The notes: a model not told the origin generated them from the sequence alone. Positions 26,716 to 39,460 are shown, numbered from the whole stretch's first letter. The stretch: DNA of 63,155 nt, filler included, from Octopus bimaculoides (GCF_001194135.2; 3 parts of 3 records of this genome joined end to end with filler, not necessarily neighbours in it); one strand, 5' to 3'. A program made the numbers and translations.

Positions 26716-26870
26716 TGTGGAAGGCGCATGGGCTAGTGGTTAGGATGCTGCACACACAATCGCGAGGTTGTGATTTCGATTCCCAGATCGGCTGTACTTG
26801 TGTTTTGAGCAAAACACTTCATTTCACGTTGCTCTAGTCCACTAGGCTGTAAATGAGTAACCTTGACGTA
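26716..26870 (+). mobile_element. tRNA-derived SINE (family B)
   Basis: A-box GGCTAGTGG, B-box GATTTCGATTCCC, then TTGAGCAAAACACTTCATTTCACGTTGCTCTAGTCCAC. Homologous to 48568-48803. Confidence 0.8.
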
Positions 26871-27159
26871 CAAGGTCGAGATGATGACTCATGAAAATCA
26901 TCTGAACGGAGATCTCGTGAGTCATGTTTTGAATACAGTGATCGAAAGAATGAACAGTACACTTCTAATTCTCAATCCCGACTGGTTGAGACTAGATGTG
27001 CAATCACCTCGAAGGTCATCATCGCAGTACTGTTCATAACTGTACTAAGTACAAGACTTCATTGGCCATATCGAAACTGGTCACACTACATTACTGACAA
27101 CAATACATGCCTAACAACAAAACTGTAAAGGCATAATGAAATATTAATTTCAAATTTTA

Positions 27160-27285
27160 GCATAAGGTCAGCAATTTTAGGGCAAGGGGATAAGTCGATT
27201 ACATAGACCCCAGTGCTCAACTAATACTTTCTTTATCGACCCCGGGGAAATGAATGGCAAAGTCGATCTCGGTAGATGGCGCAAT
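27160..27285 (-). mobile_element. tRNA-derived SINE (family A), 3' part
   Basis: GATAAGTCGATTACATAGACCCCAGT..TTTATCGACCCGGGGAAATGAATGGCAAAGTCGATCTCGG. Confidence 0.78.
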
Positions 27286-27619
27286 GAAATATTGATAACA
27301 GTGCACTGCCGCCAGAGTAAATACTGTTTTACAATAAAGTACTGATCATAAAACGGAACTTGCAGCACAATATATTGCGAACTACAACACTGTTGATTAC
27401 AATAAATAACACTGAAATACAAATAGGAAATAATACTGACCATAGTTAAATTACAACTATCTACTGTAAATTTCATGTCATATGAATATATTATTGATCA
27501 CAATACATAACCGACCGCAGTACTGTACTGACCACAATATTGAACATTGCATATTGCCGCCATCTTTGGTTTAGTGACTCTTCCGGGTGATTCACTTCAT
27601 CGAATTACGAATGAGTTAT

Positions 27620-27905
27620 TGACATAGTTGGTCTCTTCTTTCTACAAGGATGGTGTCTGGCACATGGCCAGACATGTCATTGTTTTCTCTTTTCTATAAG
27701 CGTTTCCATAGTAATTGCTCTGGTGAACTTTCTGGATTGGTACTCTCTGGTACACCTTAACACGTGTCACTCACTTCCCAGGCACATCGTTTCTCTACTG
27801 AGTCTTTTTATTATAATAGCTTCTTTCCCCAACTGCTGATCTCTAGAACTCACTACCATCGTCTTGTCTCTCTCTGAGCTATAATATTCATTCCTTTAAG
27901 CTCTC
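27620..27905 (+). mobile_element. CR1-type LINE 3' end fragment
   Basis: FYKRFHSNCSGELSGLV..AHRFS..YYNSFFP, then by frameshift ADL*NSLP..SYNIHSFK. This is the typical CR1-group C-terminus (YF.G.CS.EL..LVP...SFFPRT..LWNSLP...YNL..FK). Confidence 0.75.
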
Positions 27906-28149
27906 TGGCAATCAATATTTGTAGGCCCCATTTTTCCCTTCTGTTTAGTACCTTACGCTACAAATGACCTCAAACCGTGTTTGAGACAAAATTGTATTAA
28001 AAATTAATCTGCGTAATAGTATTGATCTTTAGATCTCACTGAACGAGGTAGTCACCACAGAGCTGTACTGATCAAAAATCCAATTTTACAAGTTAAGATA
28101 CTGACCAGGATACGCTAAATTCAAAATTAGAAGGCTATCAAAGTTACAG

Positions 28150-28250
28150 AGGAACGCTCTACATGGCCACTGGCAAACCTAGAAATAACTGTCGTATCGC
28201 TATCAAATATCACCCTCTTGTCATCCATATTGGATATGTTGTCTGGTAAT
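28150..28250 (+). repeat. Short interspersed repeat fragment, also present at about 30420-30530
   Basis: CTACATGGCCACTGGCAAACCTAGAAATAAC..ATCACCCTC versus GTACATGGCCGCTCGGCTTTCTAGAAATGGC..TTTCCCTCAAAT. Confidence 0.55.
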
Positions 28251-29158
28251 AACCGTGCAAAGTGAGGGGTACCGGGTGGTGATAAAAGTTAGAGTAATTC
28301 TGAATATGAATGTGTTCGATCAATCTAAGGAGTTAAACAACGAAATTTATTAGTACAACAAAACTAGAAACCAACAGAAGTATATGAACAATGGTGGAAT
28401 ATTGAACTACGTGCAGTGTTTTTAAAATCAGTGACGATAAATATGATCGCATGAGATGAGTCGGTTTTATATTTAGCAATTGGAGTAACCACAGTGCTTA
28501 TAGGGCTGAAGTGAATGTGAATATAATTGTGATTAATACTCTAAATATAGTTTTAATTACGAAGATGTGTTCACCTGCGATCGAAAATAACACTGGAAAG
28601 TAAACAGCTGTCATGTATTGATGCAGTCTCATATCTATGTAGATGTTTGTAAACATACGTATATATAAATATCCATGTATATGCAATTATATATAAATAG
28701 ATGTGGTTGTTACATTTGAATAAGCTATTTATTTAGCGTTAAAAATCGCCCAAAATGTTGTCAGCGGGCAGTTTAGCTTCATGGTAAAACACTCAGCCGA
28801 TGTCTTGGGGAATGTTGGTTTTTCCGCTTAGTAAGAAAATTAATACCCAGATTTCCTGCTGTTTTAACGGCAATACAGCCTTCAAAGGTATCACTTTATG
28901 GTCTGTATCGTACGATACACATTCGTCGCTGCTAAAAATACAAATGTAAGTTTGTTTATATGCACGCGTGGTTCTGAATGCCTGTGTTTCTCCGTTCAGT
29001 AAAGTATGCCTGAAAAAGACAGATTTCTCACAGGGGCTCGTAAAACTTTAAGCCCTATGCAACCAATTCAAACGTTTTGTTTTAAAATAATACTTGTATC
29101 TCCTATTAAATAGGGTGTGTGACTTTTCTTCTGTTTCTCCACTCTCTCGTATATATAT

Positions 29159-29258
29159 NNNNNNNNNNNNNNNNNNNNNNNNNNNNNNNNNNNNNNNNNN
29201 NNTTAATTAATTAANNNNNNNNNNNNNNNNNNNNNNNNNNNNNNNNNNNNNNNNNNNN
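29159..29258. other. Artificial 100-bp scaffold gap: N44-TTAATTAATTAA-N44
   Basis: Counted 44 N, the 12-mer at 29203-29214, then 44 N. The 12-mer has stops in all six frames. An identical construct lies at 49069-49168. Confidence 0.95.
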
Positions 29259-29344
29259 ATATATATATATATATATATACAGGCACCACCCATACACACA
29301 TACATGCAAACATACACACATACGCACGCACACGCACATATACA

Positions 29345-29502
29345 TGACGGGCTTCTTTTACTTTCCGTCTACAAAATTCCACACACAAGGCTTTGACCGG
29401 TCAGTAACTATAATAGAAGACATTTGCCCAAGGTGCCTCGCATTGGAGCTGAACCCGAACCATGTGGTTGAGAAGCGAACTTCTTAGCACATAGTCACGC
29501 CA
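29345..29502 (-). mobile_element. tRNA-derived SINE (family C), 5' half
   Basis: Reverse complement of the GGCGTGACTATGTG..AACCACATGGTTCGGGTTCAG..CACCTTGGGCAAATGTCTTCTATTATAG..TAGACGGAAAGTAAAAGAAGCCCGT head. Confidence 0.85.
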
Positions 29503-29724
29503 TATTCTTTTTATAGCGAACCACCGTTCACTATTATTGGAGGCAAATGTAATTCTTGATCGCATACAAAATAACAGACTTTGAGAGAAATGAGAAAACA
29601 TCAAACTAAAAGATCTACAGAATTCAGTTTGGTATGTTTGTAAATTAAGTTTGTGTTTATCGTAACTTTACCTTTAATACTCTCTTACCTATTAAGAAGG
29701 GTGAATTAAATAAGAAGAATAATA

Positions 29725-30145
29725 GGTGTAGGCGTAGCTGTATGGTAAGATGTTTGATTCCTAACCGCATGATTCCAGGTTCAACCCCTTGCGTGATACC
29801 GTGGGCGAGTGTATTTTACTATATCCTCGGGCCGGCCGAAGACTTATGAATGGATTTGGTAGATGGAAACTGAAAGAATCCCGTCGTGTACACACACACA
29901 CACACACGTACATGTGTATGTCGTTGTGTCCATGTTTTAGCCCACCATCGCTTGACAACCGGTGTCGGTGTGTTTACGTCCTCGTAACTTAGCGCTTCGG
30001 CAAAAGACACCGATAGAATAGGTACCAGGCTTTAAGAAAAGTAAGTACTATGGTCGATTCGTTCGATTAAAATTCTTCAAGGCAGTGCCCCAGCATGACC
30101 ACAATCTAATGACTGGAACAAATGAAAGATAAAAAATAAAAGAAT
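29725..30145 (+). mobile_element. tRNA-derived SINE (family C), full length with internal (CA)/(TG) microsatellite
   Basis: Head GGCGTAGCTGTATGGTAAG..CCAGGTTCAACCCC, CCGTGGGCGAGTGT, GGAAACTGAAAGAATCCCGTCGT, a microsatellite, then CCACCATCGCTTGACAACCGG..AAGGCAGTGCCCCAGCATG..AATGACTGGAACAA and an A-rich tail. Confidence 0.9.
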
Positions 30146-32990
30146 GACGCACTGCGGTCGCTTGAACATTCTATATTAAAAAGATTAAAATAAAGTCAAG
30201 ATTTAATGAATAGAATGTTTGGATCAACGATGAGTTTAGATCATAACGCAGAAAGCCCCTTCATAAAATGTCTAAAGAGTTTCTGTACATCAAATTTATT
30301 TATTTATGCAATACATAACATCTTTCATAATTATCCACATTCAGTTGTTGTCCGTCTCTCAGCATTAGACAACCTGTTGTTAGGTTTATTTATAGACAAT
30401 TAGATGGCTGGTGTGCTAACAAGTGAATGTGTACATGGCCGCTCGGCTTTCTAGAAATGGCAAACGAATTTCCCTCAAATTAGAACCTATATTCTCTTAT
30501 AGAAGGAAGGGCACATAGCATCATGCTTTCTTGGACTTATTTCTGAATGCAAAAAAGAAAAAAAAAAAAAGTCATCCGGAGGGCCTTTGATTATAAATCT
30601 GCTCAAACTGAGAAGACATGTGCTAAACAACTTTAAAAACAAGAAGAGTAACAACAATAGAAGCAATAACTATTTGAAGAAGAAGAAGAAGAAAAAGAAG
30701 AAAAAAAAGAAGAAGAAAGAGAACAACAACAACAACTACAATAACTACAACAACAAAAGCAACAACAATAATGATAACAGCGTACCTTATTATAATGCAC
30801 AATATTTGCAACCAATTATTAATGGCAGTATGTAAACTACAGTATCTTTCTTTGTTAGTTGTTTAAGAGTATGTACGACCCTGTTTGCTTAAAAAAGTCT
30901 GACCCCCCTTACAAACATAATGTTTATTACCCGGTAGTTAAAACAGCGTAGTGGACAAAAAGTCTACACTAAAATATAGAATATTCTCATAAATTATTTC
31001 CGAAGCGAATGGATTATAATAAAATAATATGGTGGAACATGAATGTAATGTTACTGATAATGATTCCAGCCTGAATCAATATGTTCATTCAGTTACGGAT
31101 TGCATTCTCTCTTGGATAATAATCAAATATATTTTGATAGCTAGACTAAATACGACTTTATGTGTTAATTTTATTAACCAAAACTGTGTATAATGTTTCC
31201 CACAATGTTCATCGATTGATTGCTATTCAATTTTAACGAATAAAATTAATTGAAGTTTCATAGATTGTGATAACTATACAGTGCCTGAATGGATATCTAA
31301 TGTTTAAAGTATATTAAAAAAGCTTGTTTCATTGTTGACAGATTGTTTTTTTTAAAAACTTACTGAAGTTGCTATAACATAAAACTACAGATGAACAAAT
31401 TAAACAAAGTGTATTATACTCTCACTAACCCTTCATATGTATACTCTCCCTAACATTATATATGTACTCGTATCTTAGTTGATTTAATTTTAAAATGAGT
31501 ATGATATCGTATCTGATATATATGCTAGAAGGACCGGCATAGTGCAATAAACAACTGGCTATATTCTTCTTGTCGTAAAAGAGTTTTAATTATATTAAAA
31601 GTCTCCTTTAATAGTGACGCTTTAACTTTAAATTAACCGATAAGAATACAATCTGCTCTTCTTTACTTTCAAATTGTAAAAATAAACCACATAATGGTTA
31701 ATATATTCATATAAGTTTAGTAACTGTTGGAATTTTGAATTTAGTTTCTACTTTTTTTATAGAGGAGGAAGTACAGTGCACAAACTATTTGCAGGGAAAA
31801 TGGTTAGGGGAGGAAAAAGACTGCAGCTAGGGTTTGTATTCATTCTCCAATTGATAGTAAAATGTAAATTAACTTATAATCATTGCCTACGGTATTTAAT
31901 GCAGGACCTTTATCATAATTACCCAACTTAATGTCATTGGTTTATTTGAAGTATTTCACTTTGCTCATTTTATTTTTAATTATGCAAATTATACTGGCCA
32001 AAAATAGTTCATAACTCTTTTTCTGTTTGTAAAATTCTCTTGGTTTGTTACATTCTGTTGATGAAGGACGCATACCCATAGTGTTCTTTAGGTGCACAAA
32101 AGAATCCGTTTTTCTTTCGTTTAAAAATGTACATGTACTTTGAAAGATTAATTCCTGATTTATCTAACTTATCACCTTTTTCTTTGTGAATCGCTAACAA
32201 TAGATGTTAAATTTTTGTTTTCTTTTGGCTTCTGAGAGGCAAATTTCAATTAATTAAAACTGTTTTTGCATGTCATTCAGTACAAAACCACCAGCTAGAA
32301 TGAATTCTATAGTAGGTAAATTTGAAGAAAAGTATTTCAGAAGACATATTCACAACATATTCAAACACAATAAAGAAAGGCTTAAATTTATCGCCAATTT
32401 TCTAAATATATTTTTATTCTCTATGTACTAGATTTTACACGTATCCATTCATAAAACTGAATTGGTGTGCTTCGTGAGAATTCTTGACAGGATTTTGCGT
32501 TCAAAATTTCACAGGAGCTTTTCAATAACGTAAAAAAACTATACCTACAAATGTTCTAGAAAAATTCTTGTGAATGCTTACACATTTTTATAACTCTTTG
32601 TAAACTTCATATTAGCTTTTGTTAAATTTTATATGTATATATTTTTCCCTACAATGGTAAGCGCCACAAAATTATTTTTTTGTGACACGAATAGATCCAT
32701 TTGTATGTAAGAAAGCTGTTAACTATATGATCAATGTTATAAAGGTAAGGAATGTAATATCGAATTTTAAATACAGCTTTGAATAAATATGTGAATGTTC
32801 TGTATACATACACACATATATACATACATACATACATACATACATACATACATACATACAAACATACATACATACACACACACATACTTACATACATACA
32901 TATATATGTATATCTATCTATCTATCTACCACTCCCTGTATATATACACATACATACATGCATACATACATACATACATACATACATACA

Positions 32991-33022
<32 letters not shown>

Positions 33023-33340
33023 GAAAGGAATAAGAGAAAATAAACAGAGAGAATAAAAAAAACTTGTAGGTTTAGCGATCAAGCATGGTTGTCTGCTTGG
33101 GAAAAAAGGGCTTTGACAGGAGAGGTAGAAACAAGGGGAGATAATAAAGTATTGGCGATCCCCAAACGAAGGTGCGCGTGCACGTACATTTACATACACA
33201 TATATATGTATGATTATTATTATAAACTCTATAGACACTGAGACTCAATACTTCGAGTTCTCTATTCTTAATGGCCTAATCGTGTTCCAATGAACAGATA
33301 CGCTCAGAATCTCTCTCACTCTCTATCTGTCTATCTCTCA

Positions 33341-33405
<65 letters not shown>

Positions 33406-33709
33406 CCTACCAAGGTTACCGTGGTCTTTTCCGTAGGTTTTTCTTTCCACGGCTAAATCTAAACTGTCCTCCCCTCTTTTTACACCAGAACATTACTGTG
33501 ATACACGATCCCTATTGATCGCTTTTTTTTCTTTTTTTTCTCTCTGTCCCTTTTGATCGAACTCCCCCCTTTTTTCCTTCCTACGATCCCTTTTGATCGA
33601 CACCCTCCCCTACTTTTTTGTTTCTCTTCCTTCCTCCTCCTAAAAAGAAAAGCTCTACATTGTATTCGTCCCATCTTTGTTGAGCCCTGTGTGGCTAATA
33701 AAAGAAATG

Positions 33710-33780
<71 letters not shown>

Positions 33781-34558
33781 CTTTCAATCTTTCACTCAAC
33801 CTTCACACACACAACACATACACACACACAACACATACACACACACAAACACACACACAGACACACACACACACATATATATGCGTGACTGTATGTATGT
33901 GTGTCTGTATGTGTGTGTATGTGTAATTATAGCTGGTATTTCTTTTAGAGAAGAAGGGAAGCACAATCAACGTAAGGTGATCAATACATCAAGGAGAAGA
34001 TATATTAATTTGTTTAATGATAAGTGACTATTATAAGATTAGCTCTGTTGCATTTATGGAGAAATTGTGAGACAATTTTGTTCCTGTTCTGTTAGGTGTG
34101 TGAGCGTATATAACTATACATGTATGTGCATATACCTACATGCTCACATATGTGGATAATTGCTTTAATATATATATATTACTTGGAATATAAACTAATA
34201 TACTAAAAAGATTAATGCAGATAAGAACATATAGATATGCACATATAAACCATTTTTATCTGCAAATTAAATCCCTACATTTATGTGTTTGAGTATGTTT
34301 GTGACAGTAAACCATATATANNNNNNNNNNNNNNNNNNNNNNNNNNNNNNNNNNNNNNNNNNNNNNNNNNNNNNNNNNNNNNNNNNNNNNNNNNNNNNNN
34401 NNNNNNNNNNNNNNNNNNNNNNNNNNNNNNNNNNNNNNNNNNNNNNNNNNNNNNNNNNNNNNNNNNNNNNNNNNNNNNNNNNNNNNNNNNNNTATATATA
34501 TATATACATATACATATATATATACATGAATATATATTTACACACATGCATACATACA

Positions 34559-34594
<36 letters not shown>

Positions 34595-35314
34595 TATATA
34601 TACGTACGCACACACATACATATATACACACATATACATGTGTGCACGCAATCGGATATATACATACACCTGCACATAGAATTAGCCCTACACCAACAGT
34701 TAATTATATATGCCGTAGCCAACTAGCTTCGACTTCCAAATGGCAATGTATGTTTATCTCCGTCGATTGATATTTTTCAGCTACTCTGTAAGCCATAATG
34801 ATTGTATGTCGTGACCGACAGTAATTGAAGAGACATTTTTTTTTCATTAATAATAGGACTGAATATTTTCGAAACCAATACTGTTACCATAATTTTATTC
34901 CATCTCGAAGCAATCAAACATTATATTATTTGTTTTTAGCTATATTTTGAGGGGATTTATTTGTATTAAATTGTGCTTCTCCTCCTACACCACCACAACG
35001 CAAAAAAACAAAAAAACAAAAAAAACAAAGTAAAATACTGTAAAATGTTAGAAAGTAAAATAGATAAAAAATATCTCGCAAAACGACAACAGAAACAAGC
35101 AATAACTAAAAAAAAAAAAGAGAAACGCCAGAAAATCTTTGGTGGAGAATATATTTTGTCGGAATGTACGTTAAATGAGTAGGCTTTTATAAAATCTGTT
35201 TGTATGTATTTTTGCGAGAGAGTAATAAGTCTTGTGAACATGTTTTACAAAATGATTAATAGTTTTATGAATATAGATAGGAATTTAATTTTGAATCTCG
35301 TTACTTTGCAGTTA

Positions 35315-35420
<106 letters not shown>

Positions 35421-35794
35421 AATATCTTCATCATCATTCTTATTGCTGTTATTTAACGCCGAAGCTGAATATGTGTTGGAAGCATCATGAGTTTGTACTC
35501 TTTCTTCCTTTTTAGAAGCCTATTTTTGTTGATTCAGTTGTTTTACTCCTGTTTGTTTTTAACCAGAATCATAAATGACCGATGAGCCATTTTGTTACTC
35601 GCTCTATCGAGCATAATTTCTTTAAAAAAAAAACAAGAAAATTTTTCGAAACAACTCCCATAAAATTTCAAATGGCATAATCTTTGTAATACTGTTACTA
35701 AGAGAGGACGGAAGGATAATGTGTAGAAGACGAAACAGTCTTTTGCAGTCGTCTCCCATTATGCAATACTACAGACGTAGTAGAAGGTAAAAAT

Positions 35795-36050
35795 AGTTGC
35801 AGCAACATCAGTAGCAACAGTATTTGTTACAACAGCAGCAACAGCCGCAGTAGCAACAGCAGCAGCAATAGTAGCACTACGTCCACGACCACGACCACGA
35901 CCACGACTACCTCTACGGCCACGACTACCACTACGACCACGACTACCGCTACCACAACCATTATCACCACTCATCAGCACCATGAGAAGCAATAATGGCA
36001 ACGACAATGATGTCCCCAACAACAGCAGCTGTAACAACAGTGAAAACAGA
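35795..36050. repeat. Cryptic tri- and hexanucleotide repeat: (AGC/AAC)n and (ACGACC)n
   Basis: Directly visible; it generates the GSRGRGR minus-strand pseudo-ORF 35759..36055. Confidence 0.85.
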
Positions 36051-36400
36051 AACATATTTCTGCTGCGAAGATCACAAGCGTGTTCAATTTCATCTCACTA
36101 GAATCACGTCAACAGACTAGAGCAGAGAAGATTTACACTCACTATATCGCAACATTATTTTGATCATTCAGACAGGAAAACAATTTTGTAGTTATGCTTA
36201 TCAACAGAAAAAAGCACAAATTAGATCGTATGCCATCAGATCAAGACACTTGGCAATTTCTAAATTTTTATTACGCTAACAATGCACATCATTTCATTTC
36301 TTGCGCTTATGTAAGCATTTTATCTCCCATGGGAGATCTGACAGAAATAAAAACTTTTAAACAATTTGAAGAGGGTAATATACTGATAATTAAGTGTCCC

Positions 36401-36452
<52 letters not shown>

Positions 36453-36610
36453 CATACATACATATATATATNNNNNNNNNNNNNNNNNNNNNNNNNNNNN
36501 NNNNNNNNNNNNNNNNNNNNNNNNNNNNNNNNNNNNNNNNNNNNNNNNNNNNNNNNNNNNNNNNNNNNNNNNNNNNNNNNNNNNNNNNNNNNNNNNNNNN
36601 NNNNNNNNNN

Positions 36611-36950
36611 GGAGAATATACAAATAATAACAACAGACGAGGACAGGTGGTGTAAATAACAAAAGTATATATTAGTATGACGCTCGGGAATACGGAAAGT
36701 CTTTGACGTTTCGAGCTACGCTCTTCAACAGAAAGAATATGGAGACAAGGAGAAAAACACGGAGAAAAAAAATTGAATAGTGTTCAGTCAACGGTCAATC
36801 ATAATAATATATATATATATATATGTATATGGGAGAATTTACGAAAAAAACAACAGACGAAGACAGGTGGTGCAAACAACAAATGGATGTATTAGTATAA
36901 CGCTCGGGAATAGAGAAAGTCTTTAATGTTTCAAGCCTACGCTCTTCCTA
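36611..36950 (-). mobile_element. Two tandem ~220-bp Penelope-type pseudo-LTR units carrying a minimal hammerhead motif
   Basis: Units at ~36611-36800 and ~36830-36950 share GGAGAAT..AACAACAGACGA.GACAGGTGGTG.AAA.AACAAA..TATTAGTAT.ACGCTCGGGAATA..GAAAGTCTTT.A.GTTTC.AGC.TACGCTCTTC. Confidence 0.75.
36700..36736 (-). ncRNA. Minimal type I hammerhead ribozyme motif (A6U core variant)
   Basis: Minus strand UCUUU-CUGUUGA-A-GAGC(GUA)GCUC-GAA-ACGU-C-AAAGA: 5-bp stem I, 4-bp stem II, palindromic stem III and a GUC cleavage triplet. Confidence 0.65.
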
Positions 36951-38390
36951 CATTTTAGGTCTTGTTAGGGTATAAAGATAGAATATTTCCAGAAGAGCAT
37001 TCAGCCCGAGGTCTGGGCTATTAATACTGTCGGATTCCAGACTAACACCGAAATTTTTCAAGTGTAGAAAATCCTGATTTCAGGATGGCAAAACCGGCGT
37101 GTGGGTGTGGCGAATAATAAACTATAATCCAAATAGTAAAAAGGCAAACATCATATCTTAAGTGATTGGTTAAAATTGTTTCTGCACCAACTCTGCTTGC
37201 AATGCCAGATTTCGCAATATTTGCAGTGAAAACTTACGTAATGTTTGCGGTTTTAGACTTTAGAGTGGCATTTCCTCAGACTTGCGTCAAAGGTGTGCTC
37301 CTACATTGGTCGTTTTCGAGATATTGTTTTTTTTTGCTTATATCGGAAGGAAGTAAAAAGTAAATAAAAAAATATGGTTAAGGGATGAATAACCAGCATA
37401 GAGGTCATGTAGGATGGACGAAGAGGAAGAAGAAGAATACAAAGGAGAAAAATAAGACGAGAAAGATATGGATGTATATATATATGTATGGTAAAAAATA
37501 AGTTCAAAAGAGAACAGTTCAAACTCTTTGAGAGGTTCAAAAAGAGAGAAAGAATGATTTCTAATAAAGATTTATCATGTTCATAAAAACAGCCAGAGCA
37601 AGTAATAAGAATATGAAAATAGTAATTGAAAAATATCATTATACGTATAAAAATACCATAAACAATTATAGAAAAATGGAGGAGAAAAAGATGTTGAATC
37701 AAAATTAGATTTAGTACAAAATAAGATTCAATACATAACAATTTCTTGTTACGTTCTCTTTGTTTTTTTTCTCTGCATGTATGTACATTTTTACTTTAAT
37801 ATTGTAACTTCTTTCAAACATAGTCTTGCCTATCACTTTTAGCCTCGTGTAAAATATATATATACATATATTTTTTCGTTTTTCATTATTAATATGTATA
37901 TGTATAACTCTCTATAGTTTTTTTCTATTAGTCTACCTGTTACGTTATATTCTACTATACACAAGTGGCCCTGTTTATTATACTTTGTCTCGACCTGTTA
38001 CCATTTTTTAAAACATACTCGTTAGCCTTTCATTCTTATTTTTATGTTATATTTTACCGCACATATAGACGTGCATACACATTGATATGTCTGTCTTTCT
38101 TTCTCTTTCGTCTCTTTTAATATTATTATTATTGTTATTTCTACCCCATTTTACAACTTACTTGTAAATATCCGATTTTTTCCCTATTACAACATTTGTA
38201 TTCTCCGTTATTGAATCTTATTTTAATTTATTTTATTAAACCTTTTTTGATGTCCTTACAAAAATTCCTCACACTGATGAAAATGACAATGCAGAAATTA
38301 AATTATAATTATTATGGTTATAATATTTTTCTTACATATTTGTATTGTCCTTTGAAACGTGCGTATGTATTTAATCCTATTTTGTAATAA
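36950..38390 (+). mobile_element. Probable Penelope-like element remnant (decayed 5' ORF piece plus AT-rich pseudo-LTR ending in a hammerhead and AATAAA)
   Basis: A hammerhead at 38271-38368 is followed by AATAAA at ~38386. The 36950-37330 part has stop-interrupted frames that I cannot assign firmly. Confidence 0.45.
38271..38368 (+). ncRNA. Type I hammerhead ribozyme motif with intact catalytic core and long stem II
   Basis: ACA-CUGAUGA-[AAAUGACAAUGCAGA...UUUGUAUUGUCCUUU, 14 of 15 pairs]-GAA-ACGUGCGU-A-UGU. Stem III is self-complementary with G-U wobbles and the cleavage triplet is GUA. Confidence 0.75.
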
Positions 38391-39460
38391 AGGCTGAGCA
38401 TAGCGATACAGATTGTAAGGAGATAGAGACTGAAGATGGAAATGTATCATCAGTATCAAAGCATAAAAAGCATTCCAAACGCTCTGAAATCATCAGAGCA
38501 CCTGATCTTATCCAACAAGTTCAACAGACCACTGATAACAATCCCAGGAAGTCCATGAGGTCGATTACAAAAGATATCCATGTGTCAGAAAGAGCAGTCA
38601 GAAATGTTGTCCACGAAGACCTCAGATATAAGTCTTATATGATGAAGAAAGTTCAATTTGTCAGAAAAAGCAAAAGAAAATCACTACATCAGATCTAAAA
38701 GGCTCTTTAACAAACTGAAAAATTCAGCAGAAGATTTGATTTGGTTTTTCTCAGACGAGAAAAACTTCAACCAAAATCAAAAAGTTAACAGAAGAAATGA
38801 CAGATGGTTATGTGCAGGCCCTTCTGAAGTTCCAAGTGTTATGCATACAAAATTTCCTGCAACTGTCATGGTTTTAAGGGTTGTCAGTAATGAAGGACAT
38901 GTGATGCCACCTTACGTCTTTCCACAAGGACTTAAAGTTAACTCTGCCGCCCACATTGACTTCCTGGAAATAATTGTTAAGCCCTAGATAGACAGTGTAT
39001 GTAATGGAAAGCCATATGTGTTTCAGGAAGACTCTGCACTATCACACATGGTTCTAGTAATACATGAATGGATGGCTGAAAAATTTCATGATCACATATC
39101 CCTTAACATTTGGCCTCCTAATTCCCCAGATCTCAATCTATTGGACTATAACATGTAGAGCATTGTTGAGAGAGAGATCCAGGAACACGTCTGTAACACC
39201 AAAGATTCTTTGAAAGCTGCCATAGTCAGAGTAATGCCCAAAATGAACCAGAACCACTTGAATCGAGCATGTAGCTGATTTAGATCTCATATAGAACTAG
39301 TTGTTGAAGCTGAATGTGGCTTTATTGAATAACATTATAGAAAACAAGGTTTATTTTTATCCTCATAGCATTTTTTGATATATAAAGTTATTATCTGTTA
39401 TTATATATCTGTTTTTTTTTTATAAACATAAATCTGTCCTCAAATATCTTACGCACCCTG
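38390..39460 (+). mobile_element. maT (DD37D) Tc1/mariner transposon, 5'-truncated, with right terminal repeat
   Basis: ..PRKSMRSITKDIHVSERAVRNVVHEDLRYKSY..WFFSDEKNF..KFPATVMVLRVVSNEGHVMPP..YVFQEDSALSH..WPPNSPDLNLLDY..FRSHIELVVEAECGFIE*. I count exactly 37 residues between the 2nd and 3rd Asp. The element ends ..CGCACCCTG followed by TA at 39461. Confidence 0.95.

Noticed and set aside
29203-29214. TTAATTAATTAA palindrome inside N runs (also 49113-49124) as a biological motif
   Set aside because: It is centred in an exact 100-bp N44-12-N44 construct at both sites, so it is a six-frame-stop scaffolding linker.
35759-36055. RG/RS-rich protein (GSRGRGRGR)
   Set aside because: It derives from an (ACGACC)n and (AGC)n cryptic repeat with no flanking coding signal.
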